A DNA stretch of 64,000 nt. It comes from an uncultured Gemmatimonadales bacterium (GTDB lineage Bacteria; Gemmatimonadota; Gemmatimonadetes; Gemmatimonadales; Gemmatimonadaceae). The notes under the pieces are model-generated. The model was given only the letters and a program-made list of their open reading frames with translations. It searched no databases and was not told the DNA's origin. The position numbers were made by a program, and so were the translations under genes. The DNA is taken from NCBI GenBank assembly GCA_963793305.1, contig CAWBZV010000005.1:1376001-1440000 (forward strand). Direction: 5' to 3'. Positions 11,041-21,977 of the stretch are shown here, piece by piece; positions within the stretch are counted from its first letter, which is position 1, and every line of letters starts with the position of its first letter.

Positions 11041-12156
11041 ATGAACATCGGCGTACCGAAAGAAATCAAGACGAACGAGAATCGCATCGCGCTCGTGCCC
11101 GCGGGGGCCGAGGCGTTGGTCGCGGCGGGACATACGGTGTGGGTCGAGCGCGGGGCGGGCGAGGGCAGTGGCTTTCCCGATGAGCTCTACACGAACGTCG
11201 GCGCGAAGATCGCTCCCGATGCCGGATCGGTCTGGCGCACCGGCGATCTGATCCTCAAGGTGAAAGAGCCAATAGCGCCCGAGTGGCCCCAGATCCGCAA
11301 AGGCCAGACGCTCTTCACGTATTTCCATTTCGCGGCTGACGAGCAGCTGACGCGAGCGCTGATGCAAACAGGCGCGACGTGCATAGCGTACGAAACGGTG
11401 GAACTGCCGTCTCGTGAGCTTCCTCTCCTGACGCCAATGTCTGAAGTCGCCGGACGGATGGCGGTGCAAGAGGGCGCGAAGTACCTGGAAAAGCTCTATG
11501 GTGGTCGTGGAGTGCTCCTGGGAGGTGTCCCCGGTGTCGCGCCAGCCAAGGTGGTGATTCTCGGCGGCGGCATCGTCGGCATCAATTCCGCGAAGATGGC
11601 GGCGGGCTTCGGCGCACAAGTGATCGTGCTCGACATCTCGCTGGAGCGCCTGCGCTATCTGTCCGACGTCATGCCGGCCAATGTCACACTGATCCACTCG
11701 AACCGGCACAACATCCTCGAGCACATCTCGAGTGCCGATCTCGTGGTCGGCGCGGTCCTCGTGACCGGTGCCAAGGCCCCACGCCTCGTGCGCCGCGACG
11801 ATCTCAAGCTCATGCGCCCGGGTACGGTGATCGTCGACGTCGCGGTTGATCAGGGTGGTTGCGTCGAAACGATCCACCCGACGACGCACGAGAATCCGAC
11901 CTATGTCGTCGACGGTGTGATCCACTACGGCGTCGCCAACATGCCGGGCGGCGTGCCCCGCACGTCCACGCTCGCCTTGACCAATGCCACGTTCCCCTAC
12001 GCGCTGCAGCTCGCCAACAAGGGCTGGCAGATCGCGCTGAAAGAGAATGGCGCGCTGCTCAAGGGGCTCAACATCGTCGATGGCCACGTCACATACGCCG
12101 CCGTCGCCGAAGCGTTTGGCATCCGGTACGAAGACGCCAGAGGCTTTTTGTCGTAA
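11041..12156 (+). CDS. ald: Alanine dehydrogenase
   Basis: [38 protein letters not shown]. Confidence 0.96.
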   Translation: MNIGVPKEIKTNENRIALVPAGAEALVAAGHTVWVERGAGEGSGFPDELYTNVGAKIAPDAGSVWRTGDLILKVKEPIAPEWPQIRKGQTLFTYFHFAADEQLTRALMQTGATCIAYETVELPSRELPLLTPMSEVAGRMAVQEGAKYLEKLYGGRGVLLGGVPGVAPAKVVILGGGIVGINSAKMAAGFGAQVIVLDISLERLRYLSDVMPANVTLIHSNRHNILEHISSADLVVGAVLVTGAKAPRLVRRDDLKLMRPGTVIVDVAVDQGGCVETIHPTTHENPTYVVDGVIHYGVANMPGGVPRTSTLALTNATFPYALQLANKGWQIALKENGALLKGLNIVDGHVTYAAVAEAFGIRYEDARGFLS

Positions 12157-12917
12157 TGGCTGTCCCGCCGATCTTGTGCTATCACAAGGTCGATCGCCGG
12201 CGAGAGTTAGGAGTCACCCAGCTCTCGCCGGCCCGGTTCGCCAAACAGGTCGAACGCTTGGCTACCGACGGTTGGCAGACGCTGTCGCTCGACGACGTCG
12301 AGCGCTGCGTCCATGGCGAGCGCCCGCTGGGGCGCCGCGAGTTGGTCATCACGTTCGATGATGCGTACCGCGGGCTCCGGGAGCATGCTTTCCCGGCGCT
12401 GACTGGCGCTGGTTTCACCGCCATCTGCGCGGTCATCACCGACTATGCGGGCCGTTTGAACCGTTGGGATGTCGCCTATGGCGGCCGCCGATTCGCGCAC
12501 TTGGCGTGGCGCGACATGCGCCATTGGCAATCCCGTGGCGTCGAATTCATCTCGCACACGGCGACGCACCCGCGCCTGACCTGGCTCGCCCCGCAGCAGG
12601 CTGCTGACGAGATGTCGCGCTCGCGTCAGGCGCTTCGGGAGTCTCTCGATGTCGAGGCGCGTGCGATCGCCTATCCGTTCGGCGCGGCGAGCCGGCGCGA
12701 GCGCACGCTGGCCACGGCGGCGGGGTATTCGATGGGTTTCACGCTGGCGACTGCATGGCGCGGTGACCCGCTCGCGGTCCCGCGACTCCCGGTCTACATC
12801 TGGACCCGTGAGGTCCCGGTGGCTGGCCCGGCGGAGTGGCTGGTGGCCGCGGCGGCGAACCGGTGCGCGGTTGGCACCAGCATCTTCCAGCGATTTACGC
12901 GAAGTACCGGAATATGA
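12156..12917 (+). CDS. Polysaccharide deacetylase (NodB/CE4 family)
   Basis: PILCYH, ITFDDAY, SHTATHP, AYPFG; ATG overlaps ald stop (TAATG). Confidence 0.88.
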   Translation: MAVPPILCYHKVDRRRELGVTQLSPARFAKQVERLATDGWQTLSLDDVERCVHGERPLGRRELVITFDDAYRGLREHAFPALTGAGFTAICAVITDYAGRLNRWDVAYGGRRFAHLAWRDMRHWQSRGVEFISHTATHPRLTWLAPQQAADEMSRSRQALRESLDVEARAIAYPFGAASRRERTLATAAGYSMGFTLATAWRGDPLAVPRLPVYIWTREVPVAGPAEWLVAAAANRCAVGTSIFQRFTRSTGI

Positions 12918-14053
12918 CCGGCAGCAGCGCCGGCTGCTGAAAGAGCGCCGTGTAGAATATCCGGCGCAGGGTCCGTTTCTCCTCGGGGATCGCGTTGACA
13001 GAACACGCCAGAGAATCGAAGAACGTATCGTCGAATTTGCCGAGGGCTTCTTTCACGCGATAAAACCGTTCATGATCGCGCCCGAGCAGTTCCATCCATT
13101 GCTCGTGATACGCCCCCAGTCTCGCCGCTGACGTATTCCCCTCGGCGATCGCCTCAGCCGCTGTCTCAGCGGCCATTCGCCCGGCCTTCATGGCGTTCAC
13201 TATGCCCGCGCCCGATAGCGGGTTGATCATGTGAGCCGCGTCGCCGCACACGAGGATGCCGTCCCCGACACAGTTCTTCACCGTCGTCTGCACGATGACC
13301 CCACCCACCGTTCTCAATCGCGGGGTCGAGTGTGGAAACGTCGCCGTCACGTACTCGTCGAGATATCCCACGGCCGACCGTCGCGCCCGAAGGGCGACGA
13401 CGCCGAGTCCCACATTGGCGGACCGGTCCCCCTTGGGAAAGATCCAGGCGTAGCCGCCAGGCGCGATATCATTCCCGAAATGCAACACGATGGCTTCGGG
13501 ATCGATGTCGACGTCGTCGAGTAGCACCTGCGCGCAACTCTCCATGTCCTTCGCGCGGACCCTCGTGTCGATCCCGGCCCAGCGCCCGACCATACTCTCG
13601 ACGCCGTCGGCCCCGATCAGCACTCGCGCTCCCACGCGCTCGTTGCCATTGATGGTCGCGACCCAAAGGGGTCCATCGCGCGAGAGCCCTGTGACTTCAG
13701 CGCCCACACGAATGCACGCGCCAGCCGCCGCGGCCTGCTCAGCTAGAACGGGCTCGAACCGCGATCGGTCGAGCACATACCCGAATGTCACCATGGCCGA
13801 CCCGGACTTGGGACCCATTCGGCGACCGGAACTCGACCCGGGTAATGCGCTTCGACACCCACGGCGCATTGCCGTTCTCTGGATCGAGAAACTCCTCGAT
13901 CCCCTTGGCTCCGACGCCTTCACCACAGCGCACCGGGAGCCCGATCGCGGGATCCCGCTCGACGAGCAGCACCTCACACCCACACTCGGCCGCCACCCGC
14001 GCCGCCACGAGTCCCGCCGGCCCGCCTCCAACCACAAGTACATCGACGATCAC
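12895..14053 (-). CDS. Geranylgeranyl reductase family FAD oxidoreductase (frameshift near 13785)
   Basis: DVLVVGGGPAG and CGEG in one frame; LDRSRF, GADG, PGGYAWIFPK, GDAA and GAGI in the next. One extra base at GAATGTC. Confidence 0.85.
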
Positions 14054-14262
14054 GCGCGAGGCACCATCTCGAGCGCCCCGACCGGACAGGGGTCGATGCA
14101 TTTGCGACATCCCGTGCACGTGACGGCATCGACCACGAGTCCGTCTCGATGCAGAGCTATCGCCCCCGGCGGACAGAGCGGCATGCAGAGGCCACACTCG
14201 TCACACACGGTCGTATCGACGATCGCGATGGAGGCAGAGCGCGGCGCCGTGGGACGGTGCAT
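14050..14262 (-). CDS. 2[4Fe-4S] ferredoxin
   Basis: CDECGLCMPLCP and CTGCRKCIDPCP; stop overlaps the reductase GTG start. Confidence 0.88.
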   Translation of the reverse strand: MHRPTAPRSASIAIVDTTVCDECGLCMPLCPPGAIALHRDGLVVDAVTCTGCRKCIDPCPVGALEMVPRA

Positions 14263-14321
14263 GAACCAAAGGCTGTTCCCTTGATCGCCCTTGTGGCAAG
14301 GGCTACTTTCTCTTCACTCAA

Positions 14322-15365
14322 ATGCGCTGGCCCTTCTTCAAGACGGGATCGCGGTCCCTGTTCCCGGCGAACGCGATCGCCGTCGACCTCGGCACGGCCA
14401 ATACGCTCGTCTACGTGAAGGGCGAAGGGATCGTGCTCAACGAGCCGTCGGTCGTCGCGATCGACCGCGAGACGAAAAAGATCAGAGGCGTGGGCCTCGA
14501 AGCGAAGCGCATGCTCGGCCGCACGCCGGACGGGATTCTCGCGGTCCGACCGATGAAAGACGGCGTGATCGCCGATTTCGACGTCACGGAAAAAATGCTC
14601 CGCTATTTCCTGACGCTGATCATCGAGAACCACGTGTTCAAGGTGAAGCCACGCGTGATCGTCTGCGTCCCGTCAGGGATCACGGAAGTCGAACGCCGCG
14701 CCGTACGCGATTCCGCTCTGGGCGCGGGCGCGAAAGAGGTCTTCATGGTCGCCGAGCCGATGGCCGCGGCGATCGGTGTCGGGCTCCCGGTCGAAACACC
14801 CACGGGGAACATGGTGATCGACATCGGCGGCGGCACCACCGAAATCGCCGTTATCGCGCTGTCCGGTATCGTGAGCGACACGTCGATCCGGACCGGTGGC
14901 GATGAGCTGGACGTCGCGATCGTCCAGTTCATGAGAAAGAACTACAATCTCCTGATTGGCGAGCCCACGGCGGAGCTGATCAAGATTCAGATCGGATCCG
15001 CCGCTCCTATCGGCGAGGAGAGGGAGATGGAGGTGAAGGGCCGGGATCTCGTCTCGGGCATCCCGAAGACTGTCCGGGTGCACTCGGCCGAGATCCGGGA
15101 AGCGATTCAGGAGCCGATTCAGCAGATTGTCGACGCGGTCCGCCGGGCGCTGGAGATCACACCGCCCGAGCTCGCCAGTGACATCGTCGATCGGGGAATC
15201 GTCATGACGGGCGGCGGTGCGTTGATCCGGGGGCTCGACCTTCTGTTGAGCCAGGAAACGAGCCTGCCGATTCACGTCGACGAGGACCCCCTCACGTGTG
15301 TAGTCCGCGGCACTGGCCGGATCCTCGACGACGAAGAGAAGTACTGGTCCGTCCTCAGCAGTTGA
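14322..15365 (+). CDS. mreB: Rod shape-determining protein MreB
   Basis: [27 protein letters not shown]. Confidence 0.98.
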   Translation: MRWPFFKTGSRSLFPANAIAVDLGTANTLVYVKGEGIVLNEPSVVAIDRETKKIRGVGLEAKRMLGRTPDGILAVRPMKDGVIADFDVTEKMLRYFLTLIIENHVFKVKPRVIVCVPSGITEVERRAVRDSALGAGAKEVFMVAEPMAAAIGVGLPVETPTGNMVIDIGGGTTEIAVIALSGIVSDTSIRTGGDELDVAIVQFMRKNYNLLIGEPTAELIKIQIGSAAPIGEEREMEVKGRDLVSGIPKTVRVHSAEIREAIQEPIQQIVDAVRRALEITPPELASDIVDRGIVMTGGGALIRGLDLLLSQETSLPIHVDEDPLTCVVRGTGRILDDEEKYWSVLSS

Positions 15366-15373
15366 GCTAAACC

Positions 15374-16315
15374 GTGGCCCGCGCTGTTGCGAGCGGTACA
15401 CGCGCCGATGCCATCCTGGGGTTCGTGAGCGGCGCGCTCGCACTCATAGCCATCGCGCTGCCTGGCCGACTCCGAGACCCGATCGCCGGTACGTTGCGCC
15501 GGGACCTCGTCGCTCCCCTGATCGCCCTCCAGAAGAACGCCGAGCTCGGCCGCCTGGCCCTGATTCGTCACGATCAGGAGACCGCGGGCAAAGACTCCGT
15601 CGCCCTGCGTGCACTGCTCGTCCCCAGCCTCGAATCTGAAAACGACCGGTTGCGTCGCCTGCTAGGCCTCGGTCGCGCGCTCCGCTGGGGTTTCGTCCCT
15701 GCCGAGGCGCTCCACAGTCGAGCGCTCGGCGAAGAGTTCACCATGACGCTGACGGCGGGGGCCCGAAATGGCGTTCGCCCCTTCAGCGCCGTTGTCGCTC
15801 CCGAAGGACTCGTCGGCATGGTCGAGACCGTCGATCCGCGCATGTGTCTGGCGATCTCTTGGGCACATCCCGACTTTCGCGTCAGTGCCATGACGGCCGA
15901 TGGCAGTGCCTTCGGCATCGCAAAAGCTCACCTGGGCAGCGGGACTGATCGCTATCTGTTGGAGCTTTCAGGGGTACAACTCAGCACCACGCTCCCGTCC
16001 GGGACTCTCATCGTGAGCTCCGGCGTCGGAGGCGTCTATCCCCGTGGCATTCCGGTCGGGACAGTCATGCGCGAACTAGGCCCCCGCGAAGGATTCACCG
16101 AGGGCTGGGCGAGAACATATCTCCTGAGGCCGGCGGTGAAGCCGCAGGACATTAACTCGGTGATGATCCTCGAGCCCCGGCGTGGCGCTGCAGGCGTTCA
16201 GGCGGTGTGGGCGGACTCGCTCAAAGACTCCACTGCCGACTCGAGCGCCTCGCCGGGCATGCAGCCCGGAACAGAGGCGGATAGCGCGGACACTCCGGAC
16301 GGGCCGACCCGGTGA
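15374..16315 (+). CDS. mreC: Rod shape-determining protein MreC
   Basis: LESENDRLRRLL coiled coil, SSGVGGVYPRGIPVG; follows mreB. Confidence 0.92.
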   Translation: MARAVASGTRADAILGFVSGALALIAIALPGRLRDPIAGTLRRDLVAPLIALQKNAELGRLALIRHDQETAGKDSVALRALLVPSLESENDRLRRLLGLGRALRWGFVPAEALHSRALGEEFTMTLTAGARNGVRPFSAVVAPEGLVGMVETVDPRMCLAISWAHPDFRVSAMTADGSAFGIAKAHLGSGTDRYLLELSGVQLSTTLPSGTLIVSSGVGGVYPRGIPVGTVMRELGPREGFTEGWARTYLLRPAVKPQDINSVMILEPRRGAAGVQAVWADSLKDSTADSSASPGMQPGTEADSADTPDGPTR

Positions 16316-16800
16316 CGACCAGCGGCACGATTCGGCTCGCGGTTGCGTTCTTCGTGCTCGTGTTGCTGCACTTTTCGCTTCGCCCGGCGCTGGGCTGGCG
16401 GGCCGAGATCGACTTCCTGCTGATCGCGGTGTTGCTGGCCGCGGTCCGCCTGCGCCCAGGCATGGCGTCGCTCGTCGGCTGCACCGTCGGCCTCATCGCC
16501 GACTCCCTGACGCCGAACGCGTTCGGCGCCGGCGCGCTGGCCATGACTATTGTCGCCTATCTTGCGTCGTGGTTGAAGGCGGTGTTTTTCGCCGACAACC
16601 TCGCGCTCAATGGCTTCTTCTTTTTCGCCGGCCAGTGGGTGTACGAAGTCATTTACCTGATCGCCGCGCATCAAATGCAGGGTATGGAGTTGCTCCAGCA
16701 GGCCCTCGTGTGGGCGCCGCTCTCCGCGGCGGTCACCGCTGCCGCGGGCGTCGTGCTCCTTGTCCTGATGCGACCCTTGCTGGACCCGGCCACGGCCTGA
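16312..16800 (+). CDS. mreD: Rod shape-determining protein MreD
   Basis: Multi-pass hydrophobic protein between mreC and PBP2. Confidence 0.85.
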   Translation: MTTSGTIRLAVAFFVLVLLHFSLRPALGWRAEIDFLLIAVLLAAVRLRPGMASLVGCTVGLIADSLTPNAFGAGALAMTIVAYLASWLKAVFFADNLALNGFFFFAGQWVYEVIYLIAAHQMQGMELLQQALVWAPLSAAVTAAAGVVLLVLMRPLLDPATA

Positions 16801-16801
16801 C

Positions 16802-18577
16802 ATGAGCTTTCATCCGAACGACGTGGCGCGCCGCGCGCGGTTTGCGTCGATCGGCCTCTTGATCGCGTTCGTTTTTCTCCTGGGCGCGTTCTTCCGCACG
16901 CAGGTCCTGCAGAACGCGCAGTACGTCCTGCAATCTGAAACGAACCGGCTCCGTGAAGTGCCCCTGCCGGCCCCTCGCGGCATTATCTACGACCGCAACG
17001 GTCGCGTGATCGCCGAGAACGTCCCGGGCTACTCGGTCTCGATGCTGAGCCCGACCGCAGACTCTCTGCGTGTGGTGCTGCGCCGCCTGAGTGAAACGAT
17101 CCCGCTCTCGGGCGACCAGATCGACCTGGCCGTTCGCCGGTATCGCCGCGCACCAAATCGTCCGACTGTCATTCTCCCGGATGCCCCGTTTGACGTGGTA
17201 TCTGTACTGGAAGAACACCGCGTTCAGTTTCCGGGCTTGATCATCCAGTCCGCACCGAAGCGCCACTACCCCGATGGCGCCGCCGTCGCCTCATTCGTCG
17301 GCTACACGGGCGAAATCACCGAGCAAGAGCTCAGCTCGCGCGCCTATCCTGGCTACAAGGCCGGCCAACAGGTCGGCAAGGGTGGGCTCGAAAAGCAGTA
17401 CGAGGACCGCCTCCGTGGCCGCGAGGGCACGCGCTTCGTCGAAGTCGACGCCCGGGGCCGCGTGGTGCGCGAGGCTGGCGCGCGCCAGGACCTGCCGCCG
17501 GAAGGCGCCCAGCCCCTCTATACGAACATCGATCTCGACCTCCAACGATTTACCGCGAGCCTCTTCGGCGACACGCTGCAGGGCGGCGCCATTGCGATCG
17601 ACCCGGAGACTGGCGCGGTGCTCGCGCTTCACTCGGCGCCGACGTTCGATCCGAATCGGTTCATTGGCGGCATTCCGCCCGACTACTGGAAGGATCTCAC
17701 GACGGACGTCCGTCGGCCGCTCTATAACAAGGTGATTCAGGGTCGGTATCCCCCTGGCTCGACGTGGAAGTTGGCGACCGCGACGTGGGCGCTCGAGAAT
17801 CACATCGCCACACTCGACGACGTGATGCCGGTGCCGTGCACGGGCGGATTCCAGTTCGGCGATCGCTACTTCCATTGCTGGGAAAAGAAGGGACACGGGA
17901 GCCTCACGCTGGCCGAGGCGATCGTGAAGTCGTGCGACGTCTATTTCTATCAGTTGGGCTTGAAGATCGGCCTGCAACGGCTGATCGCCGGTGGCGTCGC
18001 GCTCGCGTTCCGGGACAAAACGGGCATTGATCTTCCCAACGAGTCATCGCCGAACTTCCCGTACGCGATCGACTACTACAATCGCCGGTTCGGCCCGCGC
18101 GCGTGGAACAACTCCGTCGTGCTCAACCTGGCGATCGGGCAGGGCGAGAACTCCCAGACGATCGCCAGCATGGCGCGGTTCTACACGGCGCTGGCGACCG
18201 ACGGCCAGGAAGCGCGTCCCGAGATCGTGCGCCAAACGCAGCCATCGCGCACGCGCATCTTCACGCTCGACTCCGTGCAGTTTATCGGCCTGCGCCGCGC
18301 GATGATGGGCGTGCTCGCGGCGGGCGGAACCGCCGCGGCCGAGGCGATTCAGGGCGTGGTGTTGGCCGGCAAGACCGGCACCGCGCAGAATACCGAGGAC
18401 CCGGTCCACAACCATTCATGGTTCGTCGGTTTCGCGCCGGCCGACCATCCGAAGATCGTCGTCGCCGTGTTGATCGAGTTCGGCGGGCATGGGAGCCACG
18501 CCGCGCGCGTCGCCTCGAAGATCATCGAGCACTATCTCAAGGTTGCGCCGGCCTCCCAGATCCAGACCGAGGGATGA
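16802..18577 (+). CDS. mrdA: Penicillin-binding protein 2
   Basis: APRGIIYDRNG, STWK, SCD, KTG motifs. Confidence 0.95.
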   Translation: MSFHPNDVARRARFASIGLLIAFVFLLGAFFRTQVLQNAQYVLQSETNRLREVPLPAPRGIIYDRNGRVIAENVPGYSVSMLSPTADSLRVVLRRLSETIPLSGDQIDLAVRRYRRAPNRPTVILPDAPFDVVSVLEEHRVQFPGLIIQSAPKRHYPDGAAVASFVGYTGEITEQELSSRAYPGYKAGQQVGKGGLEKQYEDRLRGREGTRFVEVDARGRVVREAGARQDLPPEGAQPLYTNIDLDLQRFTASLFGDTLQGGAIAIDPETGAVLALHSAPTFDPNRFIGGIPPDYWKDLTTDVRRPLYNKVIQGRYPPGSTWKLATATWALENHIATLDDVMPVPCTGGFQFGDRYFHCWEKKGHGSLTLAEAIVKSCDVYFYQLGLKIGLQRLIAGGVALAFRDKTGIDLPNESSPNFPYAIDYYNRRFGPRAWNNSVVLNLAIGQGENSQTIASMARFYTALATDGQEARPEIVRQTQPSRTRIFTLDSVQFIGLRRAMMGVLAAGGTAAAEAIQGVVLAGKTGTAQNTEDPVHNHSWFVGFAPADHPKIVVAVLIEFGGHGSHAARVASKIIEHYLKVAPASQIQTEG

Positions 18578-19827
18578 TGGACCGCAAAGGCGCAATTCCC
18601 GACTATCCGACGGTCCTGCTGGCGCTGCTCCTGTCGGTCTACGGGATTCTGATGGTGTACTCCGCCGGCCAGACTGACGCGCAGACTGTCGTCTCGAAGC
18701 TCTGGCGGTATCAGACCGTGTGGGTGTGCGTCGGTCTCGTCGCCGCATTCCTCGTCAGCCGCGCCTCGGTCCGGCTGTTGGAGTGGGCGAGTTGGCCGGC
18801 CTATCTCGTAACGCTGGGGATTCTGGTCCTGCTGCCGTTTTTTGGATCGGGCGCTGGCACCGCCGCATCGTCCTCGGCGTGGCTGACGATTGGCGGCCAC
18901 CGCATTGGCCAGCCATCAGAGCTGGCCAAAATCACCGTCGTGCTCATGCTCGCGCGTACCTTGGCCCTGCAGCGTGAAGCACCAAAGACGCTGATCGATC
19001 TCTGGCGCCCGGCCTTGGTCGTCGCCGTCCCTTGGGTCTTTGTGCTCCTCCAGCCGGACCTGGGCTCCAGCATCGTGTTCATCGGGATCTTCTTCGCGAT
19101 GCTCTACTGGTTCGGCGTTCCATGGCAGCTCTTAGTCTTGCTCGCGAGCCCGGGCGTCAGCCTGATTCTCGCATACAGCAAGGGCATGTGGACCGCCTGG
19201 TTCTTGGTCTTAATTGTTCTAATCTGGTCATACAAACCGTACTTATGGGAAGGTGTGTTCACGGTCTGCGCAAACGTCACCATGGGTATTCTGGCGCCGC
19301 TAGCCTGGGACCACCTGAAATACTATCAACAACAGCGTCTGTTAACGTTCCTCGACCCGTCCAGAGACCCTCGGGCCTCAGGCTATCACGTCATCCAATC
19401 GCAGGTGGCGATTGGTTCCGGGGGATGGTTTGGGAAGGGTTTCACGATGGGCACCCAAAAACGCCTCGCGTTCCTCCCAGAACAACACACGGATTTTATT
19501 TTCGCCGTCGTCGGCGAAGAGCTCGGCTTTCTGGGCGTGACGCTCGCATTGAGCTTGTTCCTCGTACTCTTTCTGCGTTGCACCCGGATCGCCTCGCGCG
19601 CCAACGATACGTTCAGCAGTCTGGTGGCGTTTGGCCTCGCGGCCAGCTGGGGCGTACACGTCGCCGAGAACGTCGGGATGACGCTCAACTTGATGCCGAT
19701 TGCCGGCATTCCACTCCCGTTCTTCTCCTATGGCGGGTCGTTCATGCTCTCCAGTTGGGTCGCGATCGGGATCCTCGTTCGTATCTCTGGCGAGGGCCGC
19801 GGACGGGCGGACGGTCTAGCGATTTGA
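18574..19827 (+). CDS. rodA: Rod shape-determining protein RodA (SEDS)
   Basis: QPSELAK, QPDLG, LPEQHTDFIF, PFFSYGGS; start overlaps mrdA stop. Confidence 0.95.
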   Translation: MMDRKGAIPDYPTVLLALLLSVYGILMVYSAGQTDAQTVVSKLWRYQTVWVCVGLVAAFLVSRASVRLLEWASWPAYLVTLGILVLLPFFGSGAGTAASSSAWLTIGGHRIGQPSELAKITVVLMLARTLALQREAPKTLIDLWRPALVVAVPWVFVLLQPDLGSSIVFIGIFFAMLYWFGVPWQLLVLLASPGVSLILAYSKGMWTAWFLVLIVLIWSYKPYLWEGVFTVCANVTMGILAPLAWDHLKYYQQQRLLTFLDPSRDPRASGYHVIQSQVAIGSGGWFGKGFTMGTQKRLAFLPEQHTDFIFAVVGEELGFLGVTLALSLFLVLFLRCTRIASRANDTFSSLVAFGLAASWGVHVAENVGMTLNLMPIAGIPLPFFSYGGSFMLSSWVAIGILVRISGEGRGRADGLAI

Positions 19828-19851
19828 CCGTAGACGGGCCACATTTGTGAG

Positions 19852-20721
19852 ATGGCCTGGTGGGCGAAGAAAAAGGATCCGCGCAAGCCCCGCGAGCGCG
19901 TCGATCGGCTCGAGATCCCTGCCGATGCCTGGGAGAAATGCGAGGCCTGCGGCCACACGGATCTGCGGGAGAAATTCCTCCGCAACCTGAACGTCTGCCC
20001 GAGTTGCGACTATCACCGCCGCATTCGCGCGCAAGAATACGTCTCGATTTTATTGGATGAGGGGAGCATCGAAGAGGTCGCGGCCGACCTCAGATCGACC
20101 GACCCTCTCGGTTTCCCCGAATACCAGGCCCGTCTCGCCAAAGCGCACGCCAACGCCGGCGACAATGACGCTCTGGTCGCTGTCACGGGTACGCTCGACG
20201 AAGCCCCTATCAACGTCGGCGTGATGGACTTCGCCTTCATGGGCGGCTCCATGGGCTCCGTGGTCGGCGAAAAGATCGTCCGCTTGGGCACGCGCTCGTT
20301 GGAGCGTAAGTACCCGCTCGTGCTCATCTCGGCGTCAGGCGGCGCCCGGATGCAGGAAGGCGTGCTATCGCTTATGCAGATGGCGAAGGCTGCCGCTATC
20401 CTCTCCCAGCTCGCCGAACGCCGCATTCCGTATGTGTCGATTCTGACGAACCCGACGACCGGCGGCGTCAGCGCGTCCTATGCAATGCTGGGTGATGCGA
20501 TTCTGGCCGAACCCGGCGCGGTCATCGGGTTCGCGGGCCCACGGGTCATCAAGCAGACGATCGGCCAGGATCTGCCCGAGGGCTTTCAGACGGCCGAGTT
20601 TCTGCTGGACCATGGGATGCTCGACGATGTCGTCCATCGCCGCGAGTTGAAGCGCACGGTTGGCCAGCTCCTTCGCCATATGAGCGGCAAGCCCGCCGCG
20701 GTGGGGTACTCGGCACCCTGA
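19852..20721 (+). CDS. accD: Acetyl-CoA carboxylase carboxyltransferase beta subunit
   Basis: Zn finger CxxC...CxxC, FMGGSMGSVVGEK, SGGARMQEG. Confidence 0.97.
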   Translation: MAWWAKKKDPRKPRERVDRLEIPADAWEKCEACGHTDLREKFLRNLNVCPSCDYHRRIRAQEYVSILLDEGSIEEVAADLRSTDPLGFPEYQARLAKAHANAGDNDALVAVTGTLDEAPINVGVMDFAFMGGSMGSVVGEKIVRLGTRSLERKYPLVLISASGGARMQEGVLSLMQMAKAAAILSQLAERRIPYVSILTNPTTGGVSASYAMLGDAILAEPGAVIGFAGPRVIKQTIGQDLPEGFQTAEFLLDHGMLDDVVHRRELKRTVGQLLRHMSGKPAAVGYSAP

Positions 20722-21968
20722 CCGCGTACCGGGACGCGCTCGACTACCTGTTCGCCCGCACAACCGGCAAATGGAAGCTCGGCCTGGACCGGATGGCGGC
20801 GTTGTTGGACGCGATCGGCCAGCCGCATGCAGGCCTCCGCGCCTTTCACGTGGGCGGTACCAATGGGAAGGGCAGCGTCACCGTCACCCTTGCCGCCCTC
20901 CTGCGCGCTCAGGGTCTCCGCGTCGCCCAGTACACGTCGCCCCACCTCGTTGACTTCCGCGAGCGCTTTCTGATCGACGGGGTGCCGATCACGGAGCGCG
21001 ACGTCACCGACTGGATCGCTCGCCGAACGCCGATCGTCGAACAACTCGGCGCGACGTTCTTCGAGGCCACGACGGCGATGGGCTTCGAGCTCTTCGCCGC
21101 CGCAAACGTCGACGTGGCGGTGATCGAGGTCGGGTTGGGTGGTCGGTTGGATGCCACGAACGTCCTGACCCCACTCGCCGCCGGCGTGGCGTCGATCGGC
21201 ATCGACCACACCGAATACTTGGGCACCACCCGCGAGCAAATCGCGTTCGAAAAAGCGGGGATATTCAAGCCAGGCCGCCCGGCGCTCATTGGCGAGCCGG
21301 ATGCCGAGATCCGCGAGCTGCTCGCGCACCACGCGCGCGCCGCGGGCGCCGTGCCTATTCGCTCGGTCGCCGACAATGCCCCCGTCTCGGACATAATCAT
21401 TGAGGCAACAGGCGGCACCTCGTTCACAATGGGTGGGCGGAGGCTGCACACAGGACTCACGGGAGCACACCAGGCGTCGAACACGGCGCTTGCCGTATTG
21501 ATGTTGGAGGCCGCCGGGTACTCATATAGCGCCGACGTGCTGCCTGGGGTCACGCTGCCGGGTCGTTTCCAACGCGTGGGCCGTTTCATATTCGACGTCG
21601 CCCACAACCCCGACGGCGCGGCGGTCCTGGCCAAGACGCTCCAGGCGATTGCCCCGCGGAAACCGGTCGTGGCCGTCGTCGCGGTACTCGCCGACAAAGA
21701 TTGGCGCGGCATATTGACCGCCCTTTCTGCCTCGGTCGATCACTTCGTCCTGACCAGCGCGCCCACCGCGCCCGAATCACGCGCCTGGCGACCCGAAGAC
21801 GCGGTTACGTTCGCGCGTGAGCACGGATGGTCAGCCGACATCGAGCACGATTTCGCTCGCGCATTGGCCAAAGGCGAGTCAGCCGGCGGTACGGTGCTCG
21901 TCACCGGCTCGTTCCACACCGTGGGCGACGCGATGACGAACTTGCAGGTGTCTCCGCTCGCCGGGTAA
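20718..21968 (+). CDS. folC: Folylpolyglutamate synthase / dihydrofolate synthase
   Basis: GTNGKGS, TSPHL, EVGLGGRLDATN, DVAHN; homology extends upstream of ATG 20793 to CTG 20718. Confidence 0.93.
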   Translation: MTAYRDALDYLFARTTGKWKLGLDRMAALLDAIGQPHAGLRAFHVGGTNGKGSVTVTLAALLRAQGLRVAQYTSPHLVDFRERFLIDGVPITERDVTDWIARRTPIVEQLGATFFEATTAMGFELFAAANVDVAVIEVGLGGRLDATNVLTPLAAGVASIGIDHTEYLGTTREQIAFEKAGIFKPGRPALIGEPDAEIRELLAHHARAAGAVPIRSVADNAPVSDIIIEATGGTSFTMGGRRLHTGLTGAHQASNTALAVLMLEAAGYSYSADVLPGVTLPGRFQRVGRFIFDVAHNPDGAAVLAKTLQAIAPRKPVVAVVAVLADKDWRGILTALSASVDHFVLTSAPTAPESRAWRPEDAVTFAREHGWSADIEHDFARALAKGESAGGTVLVTGSFHTVGDAMTNLQVSPLAG

Positions 21969-21977
21969 GTTTGCCCG

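Noticed and set aside
18103..18573. Long N-terminal extensions in the ORF track (rodA, htrA, truA, larB, deacetylase, trpF)
   Set aside because: They overlap upstream genes and read as off-frame sequence; coupled starts exist downstream.
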